DNA of 64,000 nt, taken from positions 132,144,330 through 132,208,329 of the forward strand of contig NC_068982.1 of NCBI RefSeq assembly GCF_001194135.2, read 5' to 3'. The notes beneath the pieces were generated by a model. The model was not told the origin of the DNA and searched no databases. It was given only the letters and a program-made list of their open reading frames with translations. Origin of the DNA: Octopus bimaculoides. Its lineage: Eukaryota. The translations under genes and the position numbers were made by a program. Position 1 is the first letter of the stretch. Every line of letters begins with the position of its first letter. Shown in pieces: positions 48,930 through 60,307 of this stretch.

Positions 48930-48982
48930 TATTACTAATATTATCATTATTATTATCATTATTATTATCATTATCATTATCA

Positions 48983-49055
<73 letters not shown>

Positions 49056-49075
49056 CATCATCATTATTATTATAA
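48930..49075. repeat. (ATC)/(ATT)n tract
   Basis: Direct reading. Confidence 0.95.
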
Positions 49076-49724
49076 TGAGTGGGCCCACTCACGATGTTCG
49101 CTTTTGATTTTGTTGCTGTTGGACATATATTAATTGGTTTTACCACATAACTACTAAAAGAGTAATATTGTCTGCGACTCATCACCAGCGTCCTTACGCT
49201 ATTCTCTCAATATACGAAGTTACTATGTACTCCCGTTGCTTACTGGCCTTCTAACTACTTTCTTAATTAATTAATTAATTAATTTGTTTATTTATTTGCC
49301 TGTCACTACGTCTTCAATATGGTCTTTAGGAAGTAGGTGGAAAAAATTAGATCCAAGCTGCACACCAGCCAGTTGATGACTAAACATTCTGTGCGCCACA
49401 GAAGAATATGGATATGAATGTATGTTCATTTATATGCTAAAAATATATCCAATTGGATAATAAGTTTCTAGATATTATACAAAGAATAAAGAATTAAAAA
49501 AATTGATAAACCCGCTACATCGGTGAACCTTGGCGCTGGTCAGGTTTCAATTTTGTCATTTTACATTTCATATCATTTTTTGGGGGGCGGCCTGCGATGA
49601 GTTTTTATATTTTTTCTGAAGTCGTCTATGTGGCCAACACGCCTGGCTTCGGTGTCGAATATTTTGCAGTGTCGTTCATTTTGGTTGTTGCTGTTGATGC
49701 TATTGTGATACACGCACTTCAAAG

Positions 49725-49848
<124 letters not shown>

Positions 49849-50087
49849 ATACATACCCTGTTGTTGATGTTAAAATTCCAATGAAGGAGCCTTGAATCTA
49901 GGCTAGAAACTGGCTCTTTCTCTATTGGCAAGAAATTTTGAAATAAAACGGAACAATGACATACATACATGACGGCTGCAAACACGTGTTCGAGTATTGC
50001 CATCCGCTGATCGAAAGTCCCACACATGCATAGGCTACGACCAGCCATTTTTGTGATAGGTCTTACTTTTTTCAAGCGATACGTACA

Positions 50088-50126
<39 letters not shown>

Positions 50127-50490
50127 GGGTTAATGTTTGTTTTTATGATATAATAAAAACAATAAATTGAAGGATCACTTATACTTTTCGCAGAGCACAA
50201 ATTCATTATTCTTTAAAAGAATAATGTTGACAGCGACTTCGAAGATTCGCCCAGCTAAGCCATCATCGCAGAAATCCGAAGTCAGTACCAATACTACTCT
50301 TGTTAAAGTATATATATAAATATATATATATAATTAATACCGACAGAGGCTGTATTCATAGTATTAATACCAAAAGGTAATAGTTATCTCTCACTTAAAG
50401 TGGATGTGTTAAAACACAGAGTACTGCATTATTTACCATAAGATCTCTCATGTGGAAACGTGGTGCATAAAAGCACTCATGTTTATATAG

Positions 50491-50686
50491 TTTATTTCTT
50501 TATTGCCCACAAGGGACTAAACATAAACAAGGACAGACAAATTGATTGAGTCGATTATATCGACCCCAGTGTGTAATTGGTACTTAATTTATCGATCCCG
50601 AGAAGGATGAAAGGCAAAGTCGACCTCGGTGGAATTTGAACTCAGAACGTAACGGCAGACGAAATACCGCTAAGCACTTCGCCGCC
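50491..50686 (-). mobile_element. Family 3 SINE with alternative 3' tail
   Basis: Nin-like domain plus tail cttgtgggcaataaagaaataaa on the sense strand. Confidence 0.85.
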
Positions 50687-51784
50687 TTGTTTATTTCGTT
50701 GGCGGGCAATACAGTCCGCTACGGCAGCCGGAACTGCCAGATCACGTGATTTCTTTAGGCTTGTCAGCAGCAATAGTGGCCGATTACCCTGTCAAGGATA
50801 TATAGAATATCAGTGACTCTTCAGGTACTGATGCTGCAAATATCCAGCAGGCTTATCAAAAAATAATTAATAGTGACAGAATCAATATCAATACCAAAAG
50901 TAATACTTATTTCCCGTATATATTTAAAGTGCGTGTATATATGTATATATATATAAACTAATGATACATATACATATACATATATATATATATATATATA
51001 TCCATACACATAGTTTTTATTAGTGGCATCATATTATACCTGTTTCACCCATATGGTTTCGATAAATGTGGTTGAAACAGCATTTTTTAGGGAGGCTCAT
51101 TCCTCACATTTCATTTCTTTAACAGAGATGTAGCCTTGGGTCGAAAGATGATCAAGATTCGGTGCTTGTCATGTTGTTGGTCACAATCATTTTTTTACCA
51201 ATCTAGAAACACGACCAGTGTAATATCAATCATTTCATTCAATAGTGATTTTGTGATAGACTGAGAGACTCTAGACGTAGATGTTCATCAACTGAATTTT
51301 GGTTGCTGCTGTTGATGTTAATGTGATTCCAAAGTACTTCGAGAACTTTGAAACTCATGGCCTGGGATGTCTTTAGAAAGTGAGAAAGACATAACTGGTT
51401 TGGAATAAACACTTCATACACTGAAGCGACGAAATTCGGATTTGTCCAAGATGTCCTGGAGGATTAGTACACCATTATGAATGCACTCGTTCAGTGCTTG
51501 AAACTGATTTCTGAAGTTGTCAAACCACTGTTGTCACCTGAAGGACAGAACCGGCTTTAAACCGAGCCACCTTTGATATCGCTTTGCTGCATTCTTTGGG
51601 CCGCCATCTTTGATATCTCTAACTCCCTGCGTCTCGTGCACATGGCGAATGAGGTTCTACGAAAGAATAGGTTGAAATAACTGAGAACAGGCCCTTCCCT
51701 TTCTGTCAAGCTTATGATGGAGACCGTACATGTGTAGTAGTTTACTGTAGTATTGAGTCAGTTGTCTGCACTTCACTGGTGTCT

Positions 51785-52815
51785 GTACTTCATTGGTCTA
51801 TCTTATATTCACAAGGATGGTATTCGAGGTTCAGCATGTCATCCACTGAGCCACTTCCTTGTGGATATAATCAGTCCATTAGCAGGAAAGTCAACATCAT
51901 ACGTGAAGAATTCCACCCACTTCACAGAATTGATCAAGGATACACCCATTGCATCCAACCAGATAGTGAATCTAGATGTGATAATTCTGTTCACCAAAGT
52001 CCCAACTGGTGAAATGCTATCGATGATTCAAGAAAAAAGAGTGACAGACACCGATCTAAAAGAACGCACTAGTATACCAATAACAAATTTGATGGAAATG
52101 TTGACCTTTTGTGTAGAAACTAACTACTTCAGTATGGACACTGATATATATGGACAGGAGGAAGTTTAGCTATGGGTTCACCATTATCACCGGTAATAGC
52201 CAATATATACATGGAATACTTTGAGAATTTGGTTTTAGGATCAACACCACTAAAACCAACCCTATAGCTGCGATATGTTGATGGAACCTTTATTCTCTGG
52301 CCCCACCAGGAAGATGTCCAAGTGCTGTTAAATCATGTGAACTCAATACAGCCATCCATACAGTTCACAATGGAAAACGAAAAAGACAATCAGCTAGCAT
52401 TTCTGGAAGTATTAATAACACGCACCAAGTATGGATTCAGGACATCCGTATATTGCAAGCCGACCTTCGCCGGACGATACCTTAACTTCAATTCCCACCA
52501 TCCATACAGTGTAAAGAGAGGAATTGCTCAGTGCCTAAAATATCGAGCAAAGAATATAAGTAGCGATCGTGATACCCACCACGAAGACATGATCAAGCTT
52601 AGTATCAAATCTATTAAGCAACAACTACCTCAAAAACATACTATTGACTCCAATTATGAAGAAAAGAGAGGATGAAACTAATAAACTGCCTACAGTCTGT
52701 CTACCCTATTTGAAAGGCCTCTCCGAAAAGATACAAAAGACATGCGGCCCATATGACATCAGGACAGTATTCAAGAGTAATACAACACTTCGCAAATATC
52801 TCCTTCGAGTAAAAC
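51785..52815 (+). mobile_element. Penelope/Poseidon-type PLE reverse transcriptase and linker, decayed, endonuclease absent
   Basis: SYVKNSTHF, LDVIILFTKVP, AMGSPLSPVIANIYME, LRYVDGTF, LNFNSHHPYSVKRGI, CLPYLKGLSEKI...VFKSNTTLR. Confidence 0.9.
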
Positions 52816-52835
52816 TTCACTCCATAGTTGCCCAT

Positions 52836-53090
52836 GGGCATATGGCGCAGTGGTTAAGAGCGCGGGCTACTAACCTCAAGATTCCGAGTTCGATTCCAGG
52901 CAGTGACCTTAATAATAATAAGAAGAACATCGAAAAATGCCTTCAGAATGAGAACCCAGGTTCGAAATTTCCCCAAGATATCTGATGAAGGCTGGAGGGT
53001 ATATCAGCCGAAACGTTGTTAACAAACAAGATGAGAACAAATATCCGTCAAAATGAAAATAATGTAAATTTTTTAAATGTGGATGACATA
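52836..53090 (+). mobile_element. tRNA-headed SINE-like element carrying a minimal hammerhead motif
   Basis: A box TGGCGCAGTGG 52843-52853, B box GAGTTCGATTCC 52886-52897, short (AAT)n, then CTGATGA-A-GGCTG...CAGCC-GAAACGTT 52982-53017. Confidence 0.7.
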
Positions 53091-54039
53091 GGCGTGTAAA
53101 GCGCGATGAATATAACTGACCTCAGCATGCATAAAAAGGACAGAGAACAGAGTTGAAAGAGGGTATTAGCCCTTAATTATCAGCTTAATATGGCTTCTTC
53201 GTAGCTCTCGCTATCTTAATTTTCTTTCATTAACTCTCCCCATTCAACGCCCTTACAACAAATAAAGAAATGATTTAATAATTATTTCCAATCGCCTAAT
53301 TTTCATTAACGACCATGCGTTACTTTGAACGCCTTGAGCACATGCAGTTTGTTGTTTTGCTTTTCTGATGCACTGAAATAACTCGATGCGATATGAATAT
53401 TGTGCCGGTCATAATGTTTTCTGCGCGTTGTGCTTATGCGTAAATATTGGGATTTAAGATATATATTTGTCTGCAACTCTTTTAATCATTCATTGTACCC
53501 TTTTTATTACAATGATTATTTATTTCCAATCCTTACATTCTGCTTTTTTCTGTATGATGTGTGTATATATGTAAGTATTAGCGTTTGCATTATGTATTTT
53601 CTACATATTTTTAATCATTCCTAATACGCTTCATATTATAGAGATCTCTTTTCAATACCCACATTCTAATTATCTGTATTTCTAGATCAGTGAATCTGAA
53701 CAAGAATGGTGGCTCTATGTAATATGATTTAAAAAAAAACAGATTATTTACTGATGCGTACTGACGTCTGTCAAACCAGTGATAATTCCTCATGTGCCCA
53801 GAGAACAGCGAGAATCATGGAAATTATGTACATATCCATTTTTTATACGTTTCAGTAGATTCTGTCGTGAATATACTAACCGCTGTTGTATTTTATCTTC
53901 GGAGAACAACTTTTCTTTTCAGATGATGTGTGTTCACAACACCCACTTGATTCACTGAAGCTGTTTCGATTGTAGCAAAAAGAAATTCGTTGCTAAATTA
54001 TATATAAGTTCTTGTTTAAATTCATTAATCTGGTAGTAG

Positions 54040-54090
54040 CTTTAACTAAAGAGACACAACCAAGTCGAGATACCACGTGGTTTCAAAGTC
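54040..54090 (+). ncRNA. Decayed hammerhead motif (family X)
   Basis: ctttaa-CTAAAGA-GAC acaaccaa GTC-GAGA-...-tcaaagtc aligns to 54352-54402. Confidence 0.55.
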
Positions 54091-54344
54091 TCATTACTTC
54101 ACTGAATCGAATAGATTGTGAACGCATCGTTTGAGAAGAGAAGGTGTTCTCTGAAGACGAAATAAAACATATTAATGTTTGAATTTGCCGGAACACATTA
54201 AGAGTGAATGTGTATTATCATGACTCTCGCTATTCTTCGTGCACATGATTGATTATTATCGGTTTGACAGACATCGGCATGCATCAGTAAATAATTTGTT
54301 TGGTAAATTGTAAGTAAGGGCCACAATTCTTGCTCAGTGTTCCT

Positions 54345-54405
54345 GGGGTAGCTTTCACTGAAGAGACACAACCAGGTCGAAACAGTGCGATGTCTCAAAG
54401 TCCCT
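54345..54405 (+). ncRNA. Type I hammerhead ribozyme candidate with canonical core (family X)
   Basis: GGGG ta GCTTTCA-CTGAAGA-GAC acaaccag GTC-GAAA-CA gtgcga TGTC-TCAAAGT CCCT; GUC cleavage after 54394. Confidence 0.75.
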
Positions 54406-54408
54406 TTG

Positions 54409-54705
54409 CCTCTAGTTCTAGATCTTTATATTTATATAATTTCTCCATTTACCTTAGGGATGTTGTATCGTCTTCAAAGAAATTAATACTTCAGTTACGA
54501 GGCGCTTCTTTCTCATGTGATTGTTGACAATACCCGGTTTATTAGTTTTAATCTCGTTCCTCGCTTAATCATTCTACAAGATCGGTTCTTGGGTGTTTTT
54601 AGACCTTTTTTGGTATTTTGCCATAATTTCTGGCATAATTTCCTGTATAAGCAAGTTACGATTCTTCTATGCCTGTAGATATATTATCTCTGCTCAAGTG
54701 CTCTG
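54409..54705 (-). mobile_element. Old R4/Dong-clade RLE fragment (may extend to about 55620)
   Basis: LEQR*YIYRH...LYRKLCQ, IKTNKP, KYKDLELE. Confidence 0.6.
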
Positions 54706-55929
54706 TTTGCTATTTCTAAAACTCTCATCTGTGTGATTTCCATACGCCTCCTCGGAATTCAACTGCTCTTGGTGTTAATACTGCATAGATTGTCATGTTT
54801 TTAACCTATTGTTTTGAAATTTTTATCGAACTGTTTTGTTCAAAGAATCGTAGACATCTATTTTAAAGCGACAGATTCCTTGAAATTCGGGGCCTCTAGT
54901 TTCAGGTGTTCTATTTTGTTATGTCTTATTGATGTAGCATCTTTTGTCCTTTTTATTTTCAATTATGTCTTTTCATTATAGACTTCTATAAAGATTTACT
55001 GGGTATTTTCTCAATTTTTCTATCTCACGTTGTTTGCTTAGGTTTTGATATCCTTCTATGGGTTAATATGGGGGTGTACTCATTTTTGTATATACGGCTA
55101 TTGCATGTATTGTATTCAGTCACGATATATTGATGTTTGTGCGTTTTTATTAGATAAGAGTTAGTTAGACATATATGCGTCTTTTTATTATTATTGCTCC
55201 AAAGGGATGGTATCCATAGATATCATTTAACTATTCCTACCTTTAAATTATTTATAATTTCATATATTTTTCTATTTACAATTTTCTGTCTTTGAATATT
55301 TAGTTTTCAAATTCCTTTTATTCATAATTTTTATTGTGTTCTTCTGATTTGATTTATACTTGTTTGTAATCTGTATGAGCTTTATGATTAAATTTTGCTG
55401 TTTTATAAGTGTTGGGTCTATTTTCTTGTATTACATCGTACTCTACGTTTTATTTCTCGTTGTATATTTGTATTTTTGCTATGTATTTTTTTCTTTTAAA
55501 TATTATGTTTCAATGTCTCATGTCTTTTGGAATTTTAATCTGTATCATCTTAAACCAGCCACTTCTTTGGGATATTAGACTCTTTTGAGATCAGTCATCT
55601 CTTCCTCCAAATTTTTGACGTAAAATATGTTGTGGTTACATTGCGTTCAGAATCGTTAAAACGTTGAACAAAATTTCGTGCCATTCGGCTCTTTATGTTA
55701 TAAATTCAAATCCTGCCTTTCCTTTGGTTTGAGAGAGATGAAATACAGCGCTGGTCAAATACTATAGGCGTTGGTATTAACTTACCACTCCTATTAAAAT
55801 TATTATTGTTGTTGTTTTTATTATGTCGTCATTAACCTCATCATTAACCTCATCGTCGTCATTCTAAAATATGCACATAGCATTCCTTCGTGTCCCTGCA
55901 TATTATGCGAATTTTGAGTCTTAATACAT

Positions 55930-56122
55930 CAAATTCAAAGCAAGCACCTACGTTATTTAAGAAAAAGTGGATAATATGTACAAGGCTTTCAAGCTGTTTC
56001 TCATTTTTCGCATAAACCTTTGTATCATCCATGAAAAGGCGATGACTTATTTGACCATTTCCTTTTCCCAAATCGTAAGCAATTTTAACTTTCCGTAGTA
56101 TCATAGTGAGCGGTGTCATGGT
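55930..56122 (-). mobile_element. R4/Dong-clade RT fragment
   Basis: PLTMILRK...ISHRLFMDDTKVYAKNEKQLESLV. Confidence 0.8.
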
Positions 56123-56148
56123 CAGTATATCATCGTCATCATCATCAA

Positions 56149-56209
<61 letters not shown>

Positions 56210-56211
<2 letters not shown>

Positions 56212-56412
56212 GGCGGTGAGCTGGCAGAATCGTTAGCACGCTGCACGAAATGCTAAGCCGTATTTTGCCCGTTCTGAGTTCTAATTCTGCCGAAGTCGAC
56301 TTTGCCTTTTATCCTTTTGGAGTCTGTAAAATAAGTACCAGTAAAACACTGGGGTCGATGTAATCGATTAGTTCCCTCCCACAAAATTTCAGGCCTTGTA
56401 CCTGTAGTAGAA
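56210..56412 (+). mobile_element. Family 3 SINE
   Basis: Full head, domain and tail between (ATT)n tracts. Confidence 0.9.
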
Positions 56413-56484
56413 ATTATTATATTATTATTATTATTGTTATTGTTATTGTTATTGTTATTGTTATTGTTGTTGTTGTTGTTGTTG

Positions 56485-56515
<31 letters not shown>

Positions 56516-56527
56516 NNNNNNNNNNTT

Positions 56528-56604
<77 letters not shown>

Positions 56605-56629
56605 TACTACTACTACTACTATTATTATT
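56413..56629. repeat. (ATT)/(GTT)/(ACT) tract containing a 10-N gap (56516-56525)
   Basis: Direct reading. Confidence 0.95.
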
Positions 56630-56848
56630 AAGGCAGTGAGCTGCCAGAAACGTTAACACGCCGGAAAATTTTTCTGCAGCACTTCGTCCGTCTTTACGTT
56701 CTGAGTTCTAATCCCAACGAGACCGACTTTGCCTTTCGTCTTATTAAATCGATTATATAAGTACCAGTAAAGCACAGGGATCGATGTAATAGGCTTATCC
56801 CTTTCCTCGAAATAACTAGCCTTGTGCCAAAATTTGAAACCATTATTA
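56630..56848 (+). mobile_element. Family 3 SINE, second tandem copy
   Basis: aaggcagtgagctgccagaaacgtt head; tail ccaaaatttgaaaccattatta. Confidence 0.85.
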
Positions 56849-56869
56849 ACTGAATGGACCGAGCGGTGG

Positions 56870-57060
56870 GTTGGCAGAATACTTGGAATGACAGACGAAA
56901 CAATTTCGAGAGAATTAAGTTACGATTCTATGTTCTGAGTTCAATTCTTTCTTCTGAGATCGATAAAAATAAAGTACCAGCTAAGTACTAATGTTGAGGG
57001 TATCAACTAACTCCCCACCTCCCCACCTTTAAATTATGGTGAGATCTTGTGCCTATATGA
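56870..57060 (+). mobile_element. Degenerate family 3 SINE, third tandem copy
   Basis: tggcagaatac head, gagttcaattc, gatcgataaaaataaagtacc. Confidence 0.6.
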
Positions 57061-57484
57061 GAAAAAAAACAGCATATAAATGAAAAGCAATGAAATCGAT
57101 ATAATGCTGAATGAAATTTGGATTACGATAATTATATTTTCTCTGTTATAATTTATAATAAACTGGGTTAAAACCAAAATATTTCTGGTATTTTTTATAA
57201 TTACCGAGGACCTGAAAAACCAATTGAATTATGGTGTCAGACTAGAAGTCCAGAAAACATTTAATCCGGATATTTTTACTGATGCAGTTAAATTCTCCCT
57301 TCTGTTGTTAGTAATACCAACGTTTGTGACATCATTTACTTTGTGGTAGATTTCAATGGGGCATCTTAAATACAAATACGCATCTGTTTGCATATTTCTT
57401 GGGGGTTTTTCTTTTTACAATAGTATATATTAATTTCTTACAAAAGCATACAACCACAAATTTGAAAAGTAAATCTTCATTGTA

Positions 57485-57610
57485 ACTTCATTTTATCGAT
57501 CTCGGAAGGGTGGTAATGAAAGTCGACCCCAGCAAGATTTGAACTTAGAACGTAAAGGTATCTTACAAAATATCACAATGCATTTCATCCGTCACGATTT
57601 TAATTCTGTT
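57485..57610 (-). mobile_element. Degenerate family 3-related SINE
   Basis: tttatcgatctcggaaggg...aaagtcgacccc...tttgaacttagaacgtaaag. Confidence 0.6.
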
Positions 57611-58689
57611 AATCCAATGCAGAATGCTTATAATATTTGTTATTAAGTACCAACCTTTCATTGTACATTTACGATCATATCTAAGGGGTTGCTTTAAACG
57701 GTTTTAATGACTACGCTATGAAGAAATTGTTTCACTTTCAAAACACGATCTCAGATGAGGTCACTCGCCAAAGAAATGTAACAAAGAAAATTGCAATATC
57801 GTTGACAGATATTGTGAGAGTCAGTATAATCTCTAATATCTGTTATTGATACCGATATTTTCATTTCGGGAAAACGTTATCTGCCAATTCATCGATTTTT
57901 TATGAGAAACCTTTTAGAATTATCAAAACAAAAGAATGTTTGCAATTGTACGTGAGCAAGAGTACGTATATTAGTGCATATGCGCGTATGCGTGCATGTG
58001 CGTATCTGTGTGAGTGCATGTGCGTGGGTGCAACTATACACACGCAGACACACACACACATACACACACATGTATATACAAAGAGAGGGAGAGAATTATA
58101 AAGGTATTTATATAAATAAATGAAATGAATGTATAGGTGTGTACATATACACTAATAATATTTGCTGGTGTTAATGTAAATACATTCATATGCACAGGTC
58201 CTGATGTGTAATTAAGAAGTTTGTTTTGCAAATACGCAGTCCAGGGTTCTATCTCACAAAACGGTACCTTGGGAAAATTTTCACCGTGTTCATCGGTTCT
58301 TTTTGAGTCAAATATGCTAATCGGAAACAAGAGGATGGTCGTGCAGCCGTTCTTTTACCGATTGTTTGAAACTATTTACACTGACATTGCTCTAGGAAAG
58401 TTTCAAGCGTCACACCAGTCTATTTCCTAGCTGCAAAAACAAATATTCACTTCTGAGAAACGTAGTAAATTATCATGTTTAGTTGTGGCAAGCAATGTAG
58501 GGGAGACGTAATACTTCAGTGACATAGGATAAGAGCTGCGATATATGTGTGTGGTTATGTGTCTGTGTGTCTCCGTGTATATGCGTGTATATGCGTGTGG
58601 TCGTGTGTTTATGTGTGTGTGTCCGTGTATATGCGTGTATGAGTGGATGTATGACTGTGTCCAAGTCTGTATTTATGGTTAAGATATTT

Positions 58690-58885
58690 GTTTATGCTGT
58701 GTCCCTTTCAGTCCAGTAACCAAGTGATTTTGACAAAAAGAACATCGTATCAAAGTCTATCAAGATCCCCGTCAGGATGCTGTTGATGACCGATCCTTCA
58801 TGTTCAGGGTCATCACTGATGACGAGGGTTGGGTCTCTGCGTACGACCCTGAAGTGAAGCAGCAGTCGTCACAGTGGAAGAAGCC
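58690..58885 (+). mobile_element. Mariner transposase catalytic-domain fragment
   Basis: SFMFRVITDDEGWVSAYDPEVKQQSSQWK matches RIITGDESWVYxYDPETKQQSxQW. Confidence 0.85.
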
Positions 58886-59900
58886 TTTCAGAAATTCTAT
58901 TAATGATCTTCTCATTGGTCCACAGAATAGATAGGGATTCCTCGGAGCTGAATCAGCATCTCCTGGGAATGATATTATATGGTTCTGCGTGCCTGACTAT
59001 GGACCAAGTTATGTTATACTTAATTTTGATCTTCCTTAAGTCGCCACACAAAATTGACCGAAGATTGAAACTCTTTTGTTGATCTTGAAACTGGCGACAT
59101 GGTTGCGATAACGACTCTTGAATGAATCAACCTTTGCCCCATTGTAAACATACAGCCATCCCCTTGTGTGCACGGTGCATTTATATATAAGATCTGTACT
59201 CATACAGAGGTTTATCAATGAGCATTTTGATTTTTCTCTGCATGAACATTTATTATATTTATTTGTATATATAGCAGTTCTGACTTCATTTTCCGACGTT
59301 GTTACCTTGTTAGCTATATCACAATCGTTTGTACTATCACGATTTGGCCGTATTTGGTGCTTTTTCATTGTGGTTTGCATCTCTTTTGTTGGTATTTTGA
59401 TACATATGTTTGCTAGTTCCAGTAGGTGGGTTATTGAAATGTTGTTTCATATTACTATTGTTAATGCGGCGCATATGCTGCTCTAAATTGAGTCAACGTA
59501 AGATATCTTTACAATATGTCAATTAAAATAACATGGTATCTTATTTCTTTACTGCCCACAAGGGGCTACACACAGAGGGGACAAACGGATTAAGTCGATT
59601 ATATCGAAACAAGTGCGTAACTGGTACTTATTTAATTGACCCCGAAAGGATGAAAGGCAAAGTCGACCTCGGCGGAATTTGAACTTAGAACGTAGCGGCA
59701 GACTAAATACCGCTAAGCATTTCGCCCGGCGCGCTAACGTTTCTGCCACCTCGTCGCCTAAATAACATGGTATCTATTTGATTAAGGGAAACGTTTGTCT
59801 AAAGCGGCAAAAAATTTCCTAGCGATCTTAGTTGAAACATGTGAACCGAAAATTGGGTTGTACCAGAGGGCATCATGGTCCCTATATTTGTTGTTTGGCT
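58886..59900 (-). mobile_element. Penelope-like element C-terminal region (linker plus GIY-YIG), interrupted by a SINE
   Basis: LWYNPIF, FN*HIVKISY, CSCREKSKCSLINLCMSTDLIYKC, FKSRYRNHVASF, FVWRLKE, ITWSIV...PY. Confidence 0.85.
59542..59759 (-). mobile_element. Full-length family 3 SINE (alternative tail) with 16-bp target-site duplication
   Basis: aaataacatggtatct at 59526-59541 and 59760-59775. Confidence 0.92.
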
Positions 59901-60204
59901 TAGTTGTTCTAGTGCGTTGTACAGGGTTGGGTTAATTTACTGTGTTATGAGCAGTAGAATCATTGTGTTGTGTGTGTCTATGTATTTTGATTGGTAGTTT
60001 ATTGTCTTAACCAATTCTTCTTGGCCTGTATTCTCGATCTGAGTCAGTTCGCACACGGTAACGTTGTGATGGTTTGCAATACGCATTATTATTAGAGGAA
60101 TAGGCAGGGCTATGTATTCCTGTGTCTTCTATGTATTGAATTTTCTCATGGTTTCCAGCCCTATCTGAAGCAGTATTGTAATATGGTACATGTGATTCGA
60201 AAAT

Positions 60205-60275
60205 TATATAGTCTTGGGCCGGAAAAACCCTTGTGTGTTGATCTGGTAGACGGAAACCGAAAGAACCCTGCTCTC
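60205..60275 (+). mobile_element. Family 2 SINE fragment
   Basis: ctggtagacggaaaccgaaagaaccc then (AT)n. Confidence 0.7.
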
Positions 60276-60307
60276 TCTATATATATATTATATATATATA
60301 TATATAT

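Noticed and set aside
51400-51545. Minus-strand peptide WFDNFRNQFQALNECIHNGVLILQDILDK as a host exon
   Set aside because: In-frame stop upstream, ambiguous acceptor and no recognised family
52836-52910. Functional tRNA-Ser(ACT) gene
   Set aside because: Acceptor and T stems are mispaired and the anticodon is atypical; better explained as a SINE head
53908-53980. Strong acceptor ttttcttttcag followed by a short ORF
   Set aside because: No partner exon or homology
54149-54165. CTGAAGA-C-GAAA
   Set aside because: No stem II; treated only as a shared flank of family X
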